Source: an uncultured Acidobacteriota bacterium
GTDB taxonomy: Bacteria; Acidobacteriota; UBA6911; RPQK01; JAPXNP01
Direction of reading: 5' to 3'
DNA: 64,000 nt
Assembly: GCA_963777605.1 (NCBI GenBank)
Contig: CAVZRV010000006.1
Location: forward strand, 64,001-128,000
Notes under the pieces: model-generated
Told to the model about the DNA's origin: nothing
The model's input: only the letters and a program-made list of their open reading frames with translations
Databases searched by the model: none
Position numbers and translations under genes: made by a program
In this document: positions 19,499 to 30,538 of the stretch, piece after piece
Numbering within the stretch: the stretch's first letter is position 1
How the letters are laid out: every line of letters begins with the position of its first letter

Positions 19499-22132
19499 CT
19501 AGAAATTATACCCGACTGTAAATCTCACGTTGTGGTTCGGTTCGCGAAGCGGAAACTTGACTCCACCGACGACCACATCCGAATCCAGTCGCATCGGGTT
19601 GTAGGCAAATATCAGCCGAAATGGCTGGTTGATCACTGGCAGCAGGAACTGCACCTCAGCGCCAGTCGACATTCGCCAAATGTTGTTGGTCCGATCGAGC
19701 AAATCAATGTACGTGTTCGGACCGAAAAGCGTCAAGTTGTCCTTTCGAAGAATCGTCGATGTTCCCATGTCGACAAAACCCGAAACCTGGAGCGGACCGG
19801 CAATCGGGATTCGGTACTCCCCGTTCACAATCACGCTGGTGTCTCCCCCAACCGGAATCAACTGTTCAGAGACCGAGGGGAGACCGGTCCCGGGGTTGAT
19901 GATCGGATTCCCGTTGCTATCCACCAACGCCGATCGGGTGAATGCCCACGGGCTGACCGATCGGATGTCGAAACCTCTCAGGGAGAACTCTCCCCCGGAG
20001 AAAATCCGTTCGAAGAACGGCGCCGTCATTGGATCCCCCGATGGAAGGTTCCCGAACGGGACGATGTGCATGAGTCGGGCCCGGACCGCAAAGCTGTTCC
20101 TGCCACCACTGAGGAATCGATCAGGCCGAAACCACTGGTACTCCACAAAGGGGCGGATCAGGTTGAAGTCGCCGCCCAGGATGCCACCTGATACCGGCAT
20201 TTCAACGGTCAACTGCGACCCATCGGTCGCCGTGAAAAAGGCGTTCTTCGAATTGTAGATCAAGCTTGGGGTAACTTCACTGCGAATGATCCCGCTCTTG
20301 GCATCCTCGAGACTGCCCCCGGGCACAAAACCGATCAACTGGTTGAACGCGAAGTCCCCGTAAATGTCGTTGACATTGTCGATGCTGATGTTCTGGAGGG
20401 AATAGCTCAGGCCGGAGCGCATCCAGCGCCCCACCGGACGCGATCCGGACACAGTAAAACCGGTACTGCGCCTGGTGTATAGCGGGATGTTGTTGTCCGG
20501 ACCCACCAGTCCAAAATAGAGGGTGTAGGTATCAAACCGGTAGCGCTGGCTAAACACCGAAAGACCAAGAGTGGTCCGGGTGTCCAGGAAGTAGGGCTGG
20601 GTGTAAGAGAACATGTAGTTGGAACTGCGCGTCCCAGTGAGGAGTTGAACGTCGATCCGCTCGCCACGTCCCCGGAAGTTGTTGGTGGCGTAATTGATCC
20701 CGAAGAATCCTCCGCTGTAACCCGAAACTCCTCCAGTCAAGCCAATCGACTGCTGGCTGCGCTCCTTGACCTTGACCAGGATGTCCACATCGCCTTCGGT
20801 TGGCCGCTTGATGACTTCGTAGTCCTTCTCCTCTATGTTCTCGAAGAACCCGAGTTGGTTCAGTCGCCTGATGGAAATGTCGAGCAACTGACCGTTGAAC
20901 TCCATCTTCTCTTCGAGCAGGAATTCCCGGCGCAGCACCTTGTCCCGGGTCTTCGTGTTCCCGGAAAAGTTAATCTGGTTGACCAGGTAGCGCTTGCCTT
21001 CCGTGACGCTGACGTTGATGTCAACCGTTTGGGTGTCCACGTGGGGCTGGATGTCGGGCCGGGCATCCATGTCAAGGAATCCGAGCGTCGAGTAAAGCTC
21101 CTTCAGCTTGTCGGTCGATTCCTTCAGGCGGCTGTAATTGACCACCGCGCCTTCCTGAATGTTGAAGCCCCGCTTGACGATTTCCTGATCGAACGTCTGA
21201 ACCCCGTTCACCTCGAACTTGCCGACCCGGTACTGCTCCCCTTCCTCGATCGGAATCGTGATGTAGTACTGCTGTTTGGTCTTGCGGAACCCGATCAGCG
21301 GGCCCCGCGGACCTTCAACAATCTCCACCTTGGGACTGCCCGCCTTGGCCATGATGTAACCGATCTCGCGGTATTTCGCGAGGAGGTTCACCTGGACGTC
21401 GTACTCGAGCTTGTCCGCGATGTACTTGTCCTGGCCCTTGAACATCACGATCGGACCGCGCTCCTTGTTGAGTTCGAGCGCACCCCTCAAGGCGTCGTCA
21501 GAAAGCACCGTGTTGCCTTCGAATTGGAGCTTCCCAATACGGACCTTCGGCCCCTCCGTCAGCTTGAAAATGATCCTGACCGACGAAGAAGTGATCGGCT
21601 CGACAGCGATGTCCACGGTCCCCAGCGGCTTACCGTTGAGGTCGAGGAGCAGACGAAGAGCCTTCCGGGCCTTGGGAAGCTTGGATTCGTCAAAAGGGGA
21701 GTCGACCGTCAGGCCAACTTTCAGGTCCCGAAACTTCTCGAGGACGTCCGATTCCTTGAACGACTTCATCCCCTCGTACTCGATGGCGCGGACAAGCGGC
21801 CTTTCCGTGACCTCGAAAATGACGATGTAGCCGGTCTCTCCCTGTTCAAGGAGAACGTGTGCGTCCGAAAAGAAATTCGTGTTGAGCAGGTTGCGGAAAT
21901 CTCGCAGTACCTGCTGTTCATTGTAGGGGTCGTTCTCCTTGGACTGGACGTAGTAAAGAATCGTGCTCTCCGGAATTCTCCGATTTCCGACGACCCGGAT
22001 TTCTTCGATTCTTTGAGGCGGATTTTCGCCCTGAGCCAACATCGGGCCCACCTGGGCCAGGAAACATAACAACAGGCAGGAAAGAGCACGCCCGCGAGTT
22101 CGCCACAGCAACTTCAATATCGACTCCCGCAT
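19499..22132 (-). CDS. bamA: outer membrane protein assembly factor BamA
   Basis: POTRA repeats (GNRRI, GNTKTRDKVLRRE), LRGF motif, C-terminal FTVGYNF. Confidence 0.96.
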   Translation of the reverse strand: MRESILKLLWRTRGRALSCLLLCFLAQVGPMLAQGENPPQRIEEIRVVGNRRIPESTILYYVQSKENDPYNEQQVLRDFRNLLNTNFFSDAHVLLEQGETGYIVIFEVTERPLVRAIEYEGMKSFKESDVLEKFRDLKVGLTVDSPFDESKLPKARKALRLLLDLNGKPLGTVDIAVEPITSSSVRIIFKLTEGPKVRIGKLQFEGNTVLSDDALRGALELNKERGPIVMFKGQDKYIADKLEYDVQVNLLAKYREIGYIMAKAGSPKVEIVEGPRGPLIGFRKTKQQYYITIPIEEGEQYRVGKFEVNGVQTFDQEIVKRGFNIQEGAVVNYSRLKESTDKLKELYSTLGFLDMDARPDIQPHVDTQTVDINVSVTEGKRYLVNQINFSGNTKTRDKVLRREFLLEEKMEFNGQLLDISIRRLNQLGFFENIEEKDYEVIKRPTEGDVDILVKVKERSQQSIGLTGGVSGYSGGFFGINYATNNFRGRGERIDVQLLTGTRSSNYMFSYTQPYFLDTRTTLGLSVFSQRYRFDTYTLYFGLVGPDNNIPLYTRRSTGFTVSGSRPVGRWMRSGLSYSLQNISIDNVNDIYGDFAFNQLIGFVPGGSLEDAKSGIIRSEVTPSLIYNSKNAFFTATDGSQLTVEMPVSGGILGGDFNLIRPFVEYQWFRPDRFLSGGRNSFAVRARLMHIVPFGNLPSGDPMTAPFFERIFSGGEFSLRGFDIRSVSPWAFTRSALVDSNGNPIINPGTGLPSVSEQLIPVGGDTSVIVNGEYRIPIAGPLQVSGFVDMGTSTILRKDNLTLFGPNTYIDLLDRTNNIWRMSTGAEVQFLLPVINQPFRLIFAYNPMRLDSDVVVGGVKFPLREPNHNVRFTVGYNF

Positions 22133-22295
22133 TTTCAATCGACTTAGCTCCAACTCTCGGCCGCAACCATCCGCCCATGAACGCCAAGCGCCCGTCCCAG
22201 CGTCCCAAAACGAAGTCCCCATTTAAGTGAGAGACGACGGTCTTTTCAAGAGCCCGGGGAAAAAACTGCAAGAACGACTGGTGTCGATACCCGGC

Positions 22296-24737
22296 TCAGG
22301 CCAGGTCGCAAGAGAACAGAGCTCCTTCCACCAGGGACCCATCGTTCCGATAATACAGCGCATCCTCTTTCCAATAGACGGTCAAGGCCTCATTGTCTTT
22401 CAATTTCCCCTGAATTATCAGTTCGGAAACAGGGTCCTCAATATACTTCTGGATCGCTCTCCGTAACGGCCGCGCTCCGTAGGAGCGATCGCGGCAGGTC
22501 ACATCGATAATCCATTTCTTAGCATCTTCCGTCAGCTGAATGTGTATCCGCTTCGAGGCCAAGTTCTCATTGCCCTGCAACAAGAGCAGATCGACAATCT
22601 CCCGCAAGTCCTCTTCACTCAGGGACTCAAAGATAATCGTCTCGTCGAGCCGGTTCAGAAACTCCGGGTTAAAAACCCGCTTGACCTCTCCCAGAATCGC
22701 CTCCTCGGCCTGGATACGGGTTTGGTCCCCATCAGGCGTGAATCCCATCTTGCCCCGAGACATCAGGTGTCGGGCACCCAGGTTCGAAGTCATGATCAAG
22801 ATGGTGTTCTTGAAATCAATGGTATTCCCATGAGAATCGGTCAGTTGTCCGTCCTCAAAAACCTGCAACAGCAGATTGTACAGGTCCTGGTGTGCCTTTT
22901 CGATTTCATCCAGCAGTACCACTGAGTACGGATTCCGACGAATCTTCTCAGTCAGCTGACCGCCTTCCTCGTGCCCGACATAGCCCGGCGGCGAACCGAT
23001 AAGCTTCGAAACGGCGTGCTTTTCCATGTACTCAGACATGTCAAAGCGGACCAGCGCCTTCTCGCTCCCGAAGAGAAATTCCGCCAGCGACTTGGCGAGT
23101 TCCGTTTTCCCGACTCCCGTCGGTCCAAGGAACAAGAAGGAGCCCACAGGTCGATTCGGGTGCTTCATTCCGGCCCGGCTCCGACGAATCGCCCTCGCCA
23201 GCGCGGACACCGCCTTGTTCTGGCTGACCACCCGGCGATGGAGGTAATCCTCCATGAGGAGCAGCTTCTGCATTTCCTCTTCCTGGAGGGACTCGACCGG
23301 AATTCCCGTCCACCGGGAAATCACCTTTTCAACGTGGGACTTCTCAACCACCGGAGTCGTCGCCCGAGAGGCACTCCAATCCTGCTTTTGCGCCTCCAGC
23401 CTTTCCCTCTCAGCCTGTTCGGCCTCCTTCAGGCGGGCGGCCTCTTCGAAGTCCTTCGCCGAGATCGCCTCGTCCATCTCCCGTACGATCCCCTTGATGC
23501 GGCTCTGCGCCTCGGCCACCTCTTTTGGAAGAGAGGTGTTGTCCAACTTGACCCTGGCCCCTGCCTCATCGAGAACATCGATTGCCTTGTCCGGCAGAAA
23601 CCGGTCGGGGATGTAACGGCTGGACTGGTAAACCGCGGCCAGAATGGCTTCTTCGCGGTACTCCACCTGGTGAAAGGCCTCGTAGCGCTCCTTGATGCCC
23701 CGGATGATCTCGATGGTCTCCTGCTCGGTCGGAGGGCTCACGCGTACGGTCTGGAAACGACGCTCCAGCGCCCGGTCCTTCTCGATCGAACGGCGGTACT
23801 CATAAGGAGTTGTCGCCCCAACGCACTGAAGCTCTCCTCGAGAAAGAGCCGGCTTCAGGATGTTGGCCGCATCCAGGGACCCTTCCGCCGATCCCGCACC
23901 GACGAGGGTATGCAACTCATCGACAAAGACGATGAAGTTGGGATTCTCGGCCAGCTCCTTCATGATCGACTTGAGGCGTTCCTCGAACTGGCCCCGATAC
24001 TTGGTTCCGGCAACAATCAGAGAGATGTCGAGGGCCACGATCCGCTTGTCGCTCAGCATCGAGGGAACCTGCCCGACCACAATGCGCTGGGCCAGGCCTT
24101 CGACGATCGCCGTCTTGCCGACGCCGGGTTCACCGATCAAGACCGGATTGTTTTTGGTTCTCCGGCAGAGTATCTGGATGACCCGCTCAACTTCGTCTTC
24201 CCTTCCAATCAGGGGATCGAGGGAACCGTTCATCGCCGATTCCGTCAAATCGCGACTAAACTCCGTCAGAACCAGCCCGTCCTTCGACTTGTTGGAAGGC
24301 TTCTCGGGAGCGGTTCCGGCAAGCTCTTCACGAACCCGTGAAAGGCGGAGCCCCTTCTGTTGAAGAATGTCCGCGGCAAGGGAGTCCTCGGCTCGCAGAA
24401 GCCCGAGCAGGATGTGCTCAGTTCCGATGTAATTGTGCAGAAGGCGGTCAGCTTCCTCGCTGGCGTAGGTCAGAACCCGCTTGGACTGGTCGCTCAGGGG
24501 AAGTTCGACCGAGGTCGAGACCTTCTCCCGTTTCTGGCTTCGTCCCTCGATCTCCTTACGAATCCCGTCGAGGGTCGCCTGCGCACGGGGAAAGAACCGT
24601 CCGGCAAGCGCCTTGTCTTCCCGCAGCAGGCCCAAAAGGAGGTGCTCCGTCTCGATACAGCGCGACCCCAGTTGGCTTGCCTCATAGCGGGCGAAGAAGA
24701 TTACTCGCCTTGCCTTTTCTGTGTATCGTTCGAACAT
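22296..24737 (-). CDS. clpC: ATP-dependent Clp protease ATPase subunit (ClpC/ClpA type)
   Basis: [12 protein letters not shown], two Walker A motifs ([16 protein letters not shown]), UVR-like linker, MGF ClpP-docking loop. Confidence 0.95.
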   Translation of the reverse strand: MFERYTEKARRVIFFARYEASQLGSRCIETEHLLLGLLREDKALAGRFFPRAQATLDGIRKEIEGRSQKREKVSTSVELPLSDQSKRVLTYASEEADRLLHNYIGTEHILLGLLRAEDSLAADILQQKGLRLSRVREELAGTAPEKPSNKSKDGLVLTEFSRDLTESAMNGSLDPLIGREDEVERVIQILCRRTKNNPVLIGEPGVGKTAIVEGLAQRIVVGQVPSMLSDKRIVALDISLIVAGTKYRGQFEERLKSIMKELAENPNFIVFVDELHTLVGAGSAEGSLDAANILKPALSRGELQCVGATTPYEYRRSIEKDRALERRFQTVRVSPPTEQETIEIIRGIKERYEAFHQVEYREEAILAAVYQSSRYIPDRFLPDKAIDVLDEAGARVKLDNTSLPKEVAEAQSRIKGIVREMDEAISAKDFEEAARLKEAEQAERERLEAQKQDWSASRATTPVVEKSHVEKVISRWTGIPVESLQEEEMQKLLLMEDYLHRRVVSQNKAVSALARAIRRSRAGMKHPNRPVGSFLFLGPTGVGKTELAKSLAEFLFGSEKALVRFDMSEYMEKHAVSKLIGSPPGYVGHEEGGQLTEKIRRNPYSVVLLDEIEKAHQDLYNLLLQVFEDGQLTDSHGNTIDFKNTILIMTSNLGARHLMSRGKMGFTPDGDQTRIQAEEAILGEVKRVFNPEFLNRLDETIIFESLSEEDLREIVDLLLLQGNENLASKRIHIQLTEDAKKWIIDVTCRDRSYGARPLRRAIQKYIEDPVSELIIQGKLKDNEALTVYWKEDALYYRNDGSLVEGALFSCDLA

Positions 24738-24812
24738 GTGAAGAAATCAGCCGTACAGGTCTACTTAATTAAATCAGAATTTCTCGATCTATCGCAAATG
24801 ACGGACCAGACT

Positions 24813-25493
24813 CTAATCTACTCCGTGGAGCCGACCATCTACCATTCGGCAGCGTCTTCCGCACAGCAGCGCCAACTCAGGATTGTGGGTAACGATGACC
24901 GACGTCAGAGCGTAGCGGCGATGAATGCGGACGATCAGTTCGTGGATAGCCCCGGACGTCTTTTCGTCAAGATTTCCGCTTGGCTCGTCGGCGAGAAGGA
25001 GGCTTGGCCTGCCGACGAGGGCCCGCGCTATTGCCACTCTCTGTTGCTCGCCTCCGGATAGCTCCCCCGGCTGATGACCCATCCGGTGTGACAGCCCAAC
25101 TTCTCCCAGGATCTCCTTTGCACGCGTCTCGGCTTCCCGAAATCCCACTCCCCCGAGCAGCAGGGGGAACATGGTGTTCTCGAGAGCAGTGAACTCCGGC
25201 AGGAGATGGTGGAACTGGAACACAAAACCGATCGACTCGTTCCTGAAGACCGCCAACTCCCGGTTGTTGAGCGTGCCCAGGTTTTGACCATTGAAAAGAA
25301 TCCGCCCCGCATCAGGACGTTCCATCGCCCCGACCATGTGCAGGAACGTGCTCTTTCCGGAACCGCTTTCCCCCATGACAGCCAGCATCACCCCCGACTC
25401 CAATTCCAGGGACAGACTCCGGAGGATGTCGATGGTATCTTCCCCGGAACGAAATGACTTCGACAGGTTCTCCACGCTGAGGAGGCTACTCAT
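24813..25493 (-). CDS. lolD: lipoprotein-release ABC ATPase
   Basis: [35 protein letters not shown]. Confidence 0.93.
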   Translation of the reverse strand: MSSLLSVENLSKSFRSGEDTIDILRSLSLELESGVMLAVMGESGSGKSTFLHMVGAMERPDAGRILFNGQNLGTLNNRELAVFRNESIGFVFQFHHLLPEFTALENTMFPLLLGGVGFREAETRAKEILGEVGLSHRMGHQPGELSGGEQQRVAIARALVGRPSLLLADEPSGNLDEKTSGAIHELIVRIHRRYALTSVIVTHNPELALLCGRRCRMVDGRLHGVD

Positions 25494-26706
25494 AGCGCAG
25501 TGCCTCCACCGGGTCGAGTCTCGAAGCCGCCCTCGCCGGATAAAGAGTGGCCAGGAAGCTGATCAGCAGGGCCGCCGCAGAAACCAGGGCCAGATCGCTC
25601 AGCGTCCAGCGAAAGGGCACGTAGGGAATTGAATAGACCTGGGGCTCGAGCCGGAAAATGCGGTAGGCGTCCAGATACCAGGAGATCCCGATTCCGAGGA
25701 CGTCTCCCATCACGGTTCCCACCAGGCCTATCAGGAGTCCCTGGAGCATGAATACCTTGTTGAAGACCTTCGAAGAGCCACCCATCGCGTGGATGATCGC
25801 GATATCCCGGTTCTTCTCCATCACCATCAGAGTCAGCGTACTGATGATGTTCAGAGACGCCACCAGGACGATCAGTCCGATGGCCACGAACATGGCCAGT
25901 TTCTCCAGCTGAAGGGCCGAAAAGAGCGGCCGGTTCAACTCGATCCAGGTGCTCGTTGTGTACCCGGGCCCAGCGAGCTTGCGCACTACGCCGGCCACTT
26001 CCGGAGCCTGATAGAGGTCCTCGAGCCGGAACTCGATCGTAGACACCTCGTCCGGTCCAAACCCGGCGAATTTCTGGGCCGCATCGAGAGGGACCAGCAC
26101 CCAGTGGGCATCGTAGTCCCACAGGCCCGATTCGAAGATCCCGGCCACCTGAAAATTCTGAAACCGGGCCATTTGACCCATCGGCGAAAGCTCGCCGCCA
26201 AACCCCACCGCCCGAACAAACTCACCGGTTGAGACGGCAAGCGAATTCGCCAGGTCTCGCCCCAGGACCATCACCGGTGGATTGCCGTTTTTATGGAAGT
26301 TGGCCCATGAACCCTCCACTAGCGGTGGTTCCGCCGTTGCCGCGATCGTGGGGTCAACACCCTTGATAACAGCCGGGTCCTGAAGGCCCGAACTCTGGAT
26401 CAGGCACTGGGTGTAGACCGTCGGCGTGATGCTGACGACTCCCGGCGCTTGGGAGACTCGCTCGATCAGCTTCTCGTACTGCGAAACCGGAGCCCCCCCC
26501 TGGCCAAGCAGGTTGACGTGGGAGGTCGCACCCAGGATCCGACTCTGGAATTCCTCCTGGAAGCCGGTATTGAGGGCCAGTGCGATGATTAGCGCCGCCA
26601 CGCCGGCCGCCACCCCGAGTACCGAGATCAGCGTGATCACGGAGACCACCGCCTGTTTCCGGCGGGCACGAAGGTAGCGAAGCGCGACGAAAAGCTCAAA
26701 TTTCAC
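25486..26706 (-). CDS. lipoprotein-release ABC permease LolC/E
   Basis: [14 protein letters not shown]; [22 protein letters not shown]; adjacent to lolD. Confidence 0.92.
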   Translation of the reverse strand: MKFELFVALRYLRARRKQAVVSVITLISVLGVAAGVAALIIALALNTGFQEEFQSRILGATSHVNLLGQGGAPVSQYEKLIERVSQAPGVVSITPTVYTQCLIQSSGLQDPAVIKGVDPTIAATAEPPLVEGSWANFHKNGNPPVMVLGRDLANSLAVSTGEFVRAVGFGGELSPMGQMARFQNFQVAGIFESGLWDYDAHWVLVPLDAAQKFAGFGPDEVSTIEFRLEDLYQAPEVAGVVRKLAGPGYTTSTWIELNRPLFSALQLEKLAMFVAIGLIVLVASLNIISTLTLMVMEKNRDIAIIHAMGGSSKVFNKVFMLQGLLIGLVGTVMGDVLGIGISWYLDAYRIFRLEPQVYSIPYVPFRWTLSDLALVSAAALLISFLATLYPARAASRLDPVEALRYE

Positions 26707-28199
26707 TCTTGCGTCACCTGCGGCCTCAAGTGCGGGAACAGGATGACCTCCCGAATCGAATTCGAGTCGGTCAGGATCATCGTCAACCGGTCAATACCTA
26801 TTCCCTCCCCCGCCGTGGGAGGCATTCCATAGCGGAGCGCCCGAACGTAGTCCAGGTCCATCTCGTGGGCCTCGTCATCCCCCTTCTCCCGTTGCTGAAG
26901 CTGTGATTCAAAACGTCGCTGCTGCTCTTCGGGGTCGTTCAACTCACTGTAAGCGTTGGCCAGCTCCATGCCGCCGATGAAAAGCTCGAATCGCTCCACG
27001 AAACGTGGATCGCTGTCCTTTCGCTTGGACAGCGGAGAGACTTCCACCGGGAAGTCATAGATGAAAGTCGGCTGGATCAGCTTTTGCTCGACAACGGTCT
27101 CAAAGAGAAGGCCGAGCAGGTTGCCCCACAACGCTCCATCCTCGGCTTCAACCCCCGCTTCGGCGAGAAGGGACTTCAGCGAGTCGGCGCCATCGAGTTG
27201 CTCCAGTGTGAGCGGTTCACCTTCCCAGAACTCGATAATCGATTCCTGCATGGTCAGCCGGCGGAACTGCCCGAAGTCGATCTCTTCTTCGCGAAATGGG
27301 ACCTTCAACGATCCGGTCACCGCCGGCACAATGGTCCGGAAAAGATCTTCGCTGAGATCCATCAGGTCCACATAATCACTGTAGGCCTGGTAGAACTCCA
27401 GCATCGTAAACTCGGGATTGTGCTGGGTCGAGATGCCCTCGTTGCGAAAGTTCCGGTTGATCTCGAAGACCCGCTCAAACCCGCCAACGACAAGCCGCTT
27501 GAGGTAAAGTTCGGGGGCGATCCGCAGAAAGAGCGGAATCCCCAGCGCCTCGTGAAACGTCCGGAAAGGCCTCGCCGTCGCCCCTCCGGCGATCGGCTGC
27601 ATCATCGGTGTTTCGACCTCGAGGTAGCCTCGGTCCTCGAAAAAGTGTCGCATCTCGGATATCAGCCGACTTCTCCGCTCGAAGATCGTGCGCACGTCCG
27701 GGTTCGCAATCAGGTCCAGATAGCGCTGGCGGTAACGCGTCTCTACGTCGGCCAGTCCGTGCCACTTCTCGGGAAGCGGCAACAACGCCTTGGCCAGAAA
27801 CTGAAGCCGGTCAACGAATACCGTCAGTTCACCGGTCCGGGTTCGCGCCAGGATTCCTTCGACCCCAATAAAGTCACCCAGATCGAGCAACCCGTACAGT
27901 TCGTACGCTTCGTCCCCGACCCGGTCCTTGCGAACGTAGATCTGAAGCCGGTTCCCGCCGCCGGAGAGGTGTCCAAAGCTGGCTTTGCCGTGACCGCGAA
28001 TGGCAGTAAGTCTTCCCGCGATCGTGACCCGTACCTGGGATTCATCGAGCTCTTCCGTGCTCTTGGACTGGTATTCCTCGACTATCCCGGGAATCGTGTG
28101 GGTATAGCTGAACTTGTGTGGATAGACGTCGTAACCGGCTTTCTCAATCGCCGCCAGCTTTTCGTACCGCTGTTGGACGTGGTCGGCACCAACACTCAT
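26703..28199 (-). CDS. lysS: lysyl-tRNA synthetase (class II)
   Basis: [41 protein letters not shown]. Confidence 0.98.
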   Translation of the reverse strand: MSVGADHVQQRYEKLAAIEKAGYDVYPHKFSYTHTIPGIVEEYQSKSTEELDESQVRVTIAGRLTAIRGHGKASFGHLSGGGNRLQIYVRKDRVGDEAYELYGLLDLGDFIGVEGILARTRTGELTVFVDRLQFLAKALLPLPEKWHGLADVETRYRQRYLDLIANPDVRTIFERRSRLISEMRHFFEDRGYLEVETPMMQPIAGGATARPFRTFHEALGIPLFLRIAPELYLKRLVVGGFERVFEINRNFRNEGISTQHNPEFTMLEFYQAYSDYVDLMDLSEDLFRTIVPAVTGSLKVPFREEEIDFGQFRRLTMQESIIEFWEGEPLTLEQLDGADSLKSLLAEAGVEAEDGALWGNLLGLLFETVVEQKLIQPTFIYDFPVEVSPLSKRKDSDPRFVERFELFIGGMELANAYSELNDPEEQQRRFESQLQQREKGDDEAHEMDLDYVRALRYGMPPTAGEGIGIDRLTMILTDSNSIREVILFPHLRPQVTQE

Positions 28200-28606
28200 A
28201 CTTCACTCCGTTGCGGACCGGTCAACACCCGGTCCAGGATTCCATTGACAAACTCGGGCGACTTTTCACCGCCGAACTTCCGCGCAATCTCGATAGCCTC
28301 GTCGATCAGCACAGGCTTGGCAGTCCCGGTCGAGAGCGACTCGGCAATGGCCGCGCGCAGGATGCATCGATCGACCGCAGCCATCCGCTCGAGCTTCCAA
28401 CTCCTCGCGGTCTCGCGGATCATCTCATCGATGACCTCCCGCCTTTTGACCGCCGCCCGAAAGATTTTCTCGGCGAGTTCCCGGGTGCCTGTTTCGGCGC
28501 GGTGGCTCTCCCAGAAGAGTTCCACCACTTCTTCCGGAGAGGCTCCGCTCTGTTCTTCCTGGAAGAGCATCTGCATCGCCATCTCCCTTCCCTTTCGACG
28601 ACTCAC
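28196..28606 (-). CDS. nusB: transcription antitermination factor NusB
   Basis: [37 protein letters not shown]. Confidence 0.95.
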   Translation of the reverse strand: MSRRKGREMAMQMLFQEEQSGASPEEVVELFWESHRAETGTRELAEKIFRAAVKRREVIDEMIRETARSWKLERMAAVDRCILRAAIAESLSTGTAKPVLIDEAIEIARKFGGEKSPEFVNGILDRVLTGPQRSEV

Positions 28607-29073
28607 TGGCGCCCCATCTCCCGAAACAGGTTCGCCATTTCAATCGCCGCAATGGTGGCTTCGCCTCCTTTGTTGCCGAACTTGATTCCAGCCCGATTCA
28701 TGGCCTGCTCAACCGTCTCTGTCGTCAGCACCCCATAGCTGACCGGCAGACCGAACTCAAGAGCGACCTGATCGATCCCTCTCGTCACCTCAGACGACAA
28801 GTAATCAAAGTGGGGCGTCTCGCCCCGGATCAGGCAACCAAGGCAGACGATCGCATCCAGTTTCTCCGAGGAAGCCAGTTTGTGGGCCGCGATCGGAATT
28901 TCGAAGCTTCCGGGGACCCGCACGACAACAACATGGTCCTCCCGTCCCCCACATCGTGTAAAGGTGGAGAGTGCCCCCTCGAGAAGCTTCTCGGTGATCA
29001 TGCTGTTGAACCGGCTGACTACGAATCCGATACTCAAGCCGTCTGCTGTGAGCGTTCCCGACCACTCTTTCAT
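28603..29073 (-). CDS. ribH: lumazine synthase
   Basis: SRFN, VPGSFEIP, IRGETPHFDY, NKGGEA. Confidence 0.97.
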   Translation of the reverse strand: MKEWSGTLTADGLSIGFVVSRFNSMITEKLLEGALSTFTRCGGREDHVVVVRVPGSFEIPIAAHKLASSEKLDAIVCLGCLIRGETPHFDYLSSEVTRGIDQVALEFGLPVSYGVLTTETVEQAMNRAGIKFGNKGGEATIAAIEMANLFREMGRQ

Positions 29074-29082
29074 TGCATCACC

Positions 29083-29868
29083 TTACTTTCCATTGAAACG
29101 GGGAGGACGCTTTTCCAGGAATGCGGTCATCCCTTCCTTCGAGTCCTCGGCTGCAAACGCGAGTCCGAACGCCATCCCCTCGAACGCAAGACCTTCAGGC
29201 AGCGGCATCTCCAAACCGGCCCGAACCGCCCTGAGACACCCGCGGACTGCAACGCGGCTGTTGGCCAAAATCTTCCGCGCCAGCTCCCGGCACTCCGCCT
29301 GGAGTCGAGCCGCTTCCACAACTCGGTTGACGAGGCCCCACTCACAGGCCATCTCCGCCGTGATCATCTCGCCGGTCAGCAGCATTTCGCAGGCCCGACC
29401 GGCGCCAATCAACCGAGGCAGCCGCTGAGTAGCCCCAAATCCCGGGATTATGCCAAGCTTTACCTCCGGCTGCGCAAACCGCGCGGACGTCGCCGCGATC
29501 CGAAGGTGGCATGCCAGAGCCAATTCACAACCACCACCGAGGCAGTACCCATTTACTGCTGCTATTGCCGGAATCCCCAGGCGTTCGATCCGGTTGAACA
29601 GGCCTTGGGCGAATTCAGACAAGTGAACGGCACCGGCCGGATCGAGCGCAAGCAATTCCCGGATGTCCGCTCCAGCCACGAACGCTTTCTCTCCGGCCCC
29701 TGTAACAATCAAGGCACCGACATCCCTTCTCTCCTCGAGTTCATCCAGGAAGGCGCCCAGTTCCCGCAGAACCTCCTCACTGAGGGCATTCAGAGCATCG
29801 GGACGACGGACGGTCAGGAGACCAATCCCTTCGTCGAGGCTGAAATCGATGGTGGAAAAATCTGCCAT
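29083..29868 (-). CDS. enoyl-CoA hydratase/crotonase
   Basis: AFVAGADI, GGGCELALAC, QPEVKLGIIPGFGATQRL. Confidence 0.93.
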   Translation of the reverse strand: MADFSTIDFSLDEGIGLLTVRRPDALNALSEEVLRELGAFLDELEERRDVGALIVTGAGEKAFVAGADIRELLALDPAGAVHLSEFAQGLFNRIERLGIPAIAAVNGYCLGGGCELALACHLRIAATSARFAQPEVKLGIIPGFGATQRLPRLIGAGRACEMLLTGEMITAEMACEWGLVNRVVEAARLQAECRELARKILANSRVAVRGCLRAVRAGLEMPLPEGLAFEGMAFGLAFAAEDSKEGMTAFLEKRPPRFNGK

Positions 29869-29923
29869 TTGGCGCTTCCCGACCGGCTTGGGCCTGTCGA
29901 AACGGGCCCCGTCGGTCTGCTCT

Positions 29924-30517
29924 CTAACGGGGTTCGTTCAAGTTCGACACCGACGCGCCTCTCGATTCCCTCCCCACCAAGGTCATTCCCTGGACCATGT
30001 AGTGGAGGCCGGAAGCAACGGTAATCACCAGTGCCACGAAAACCAGAATATTCATGCCGGGTAAAGCCCGGCCAACGAAGTTGCTGCTCAGCACCAGGAG
30101 GACCAGGGCCAGTTGTACAACGGTGGTGCACTTTCCCAGTATGGATGGAGAAAACGCTCGGCGATCAATCGTCAGATTGAACACCAGGACGCTCAGTACG
30201 AGCAGGAGATCCCGACTGATCACGGTGATCGTCAGCCAGAGGGGGATTCGCACCACCAGGTCGAGAGACCCGAAGGTGAGGGCAGCAAAGGAACTCACCA
30301 GCAACAATTTGTCCGCAATCGGGTCAAGCAAGGTCCCGAGGGGAGTTTTCTTGCCCCATCTTCGCGCGATCAACCCGTCCAGGCCGTCGGTGATCCCCGC
30401 AATAACGAAGGCCCCGATCGCCCATCCAAAATGGCCGTAGACGATCAGCAGAATGAAGACGGGGACCAGGGCCATTCTCAAGACCGTCAATTGATTTGGG
30501 GATATGGGGGGCGCCAT
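29924..30517 (-). CDS. CDP-alcohol phosphatidyltransferase (PgsA-like)
   Basis: PNQLTVLR; TDGLDGLIARR...GTLLDPIADK. Confidence 0.92.
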   Translation of the reverse strand: MAPPISPNQLTVLRMALVPVFILLIVYGHFGWAIGAFVIAGITDGLDGLIARRWGKKTPLGTLLDPIADKLLLVSSFAALTFGSLDLVVRIPLWLTITVISRDLLLVLSVLVFNLTIDRRAFSPSILGKCTTVVQLALVLLVLSSNFVGRALPGMNILVFVALVITVASGLHYMVQGMTLVGRESRGASVSNLNEPR

Positions 30518-30538
30518 CAGGTCAATCTCCGATTCTCG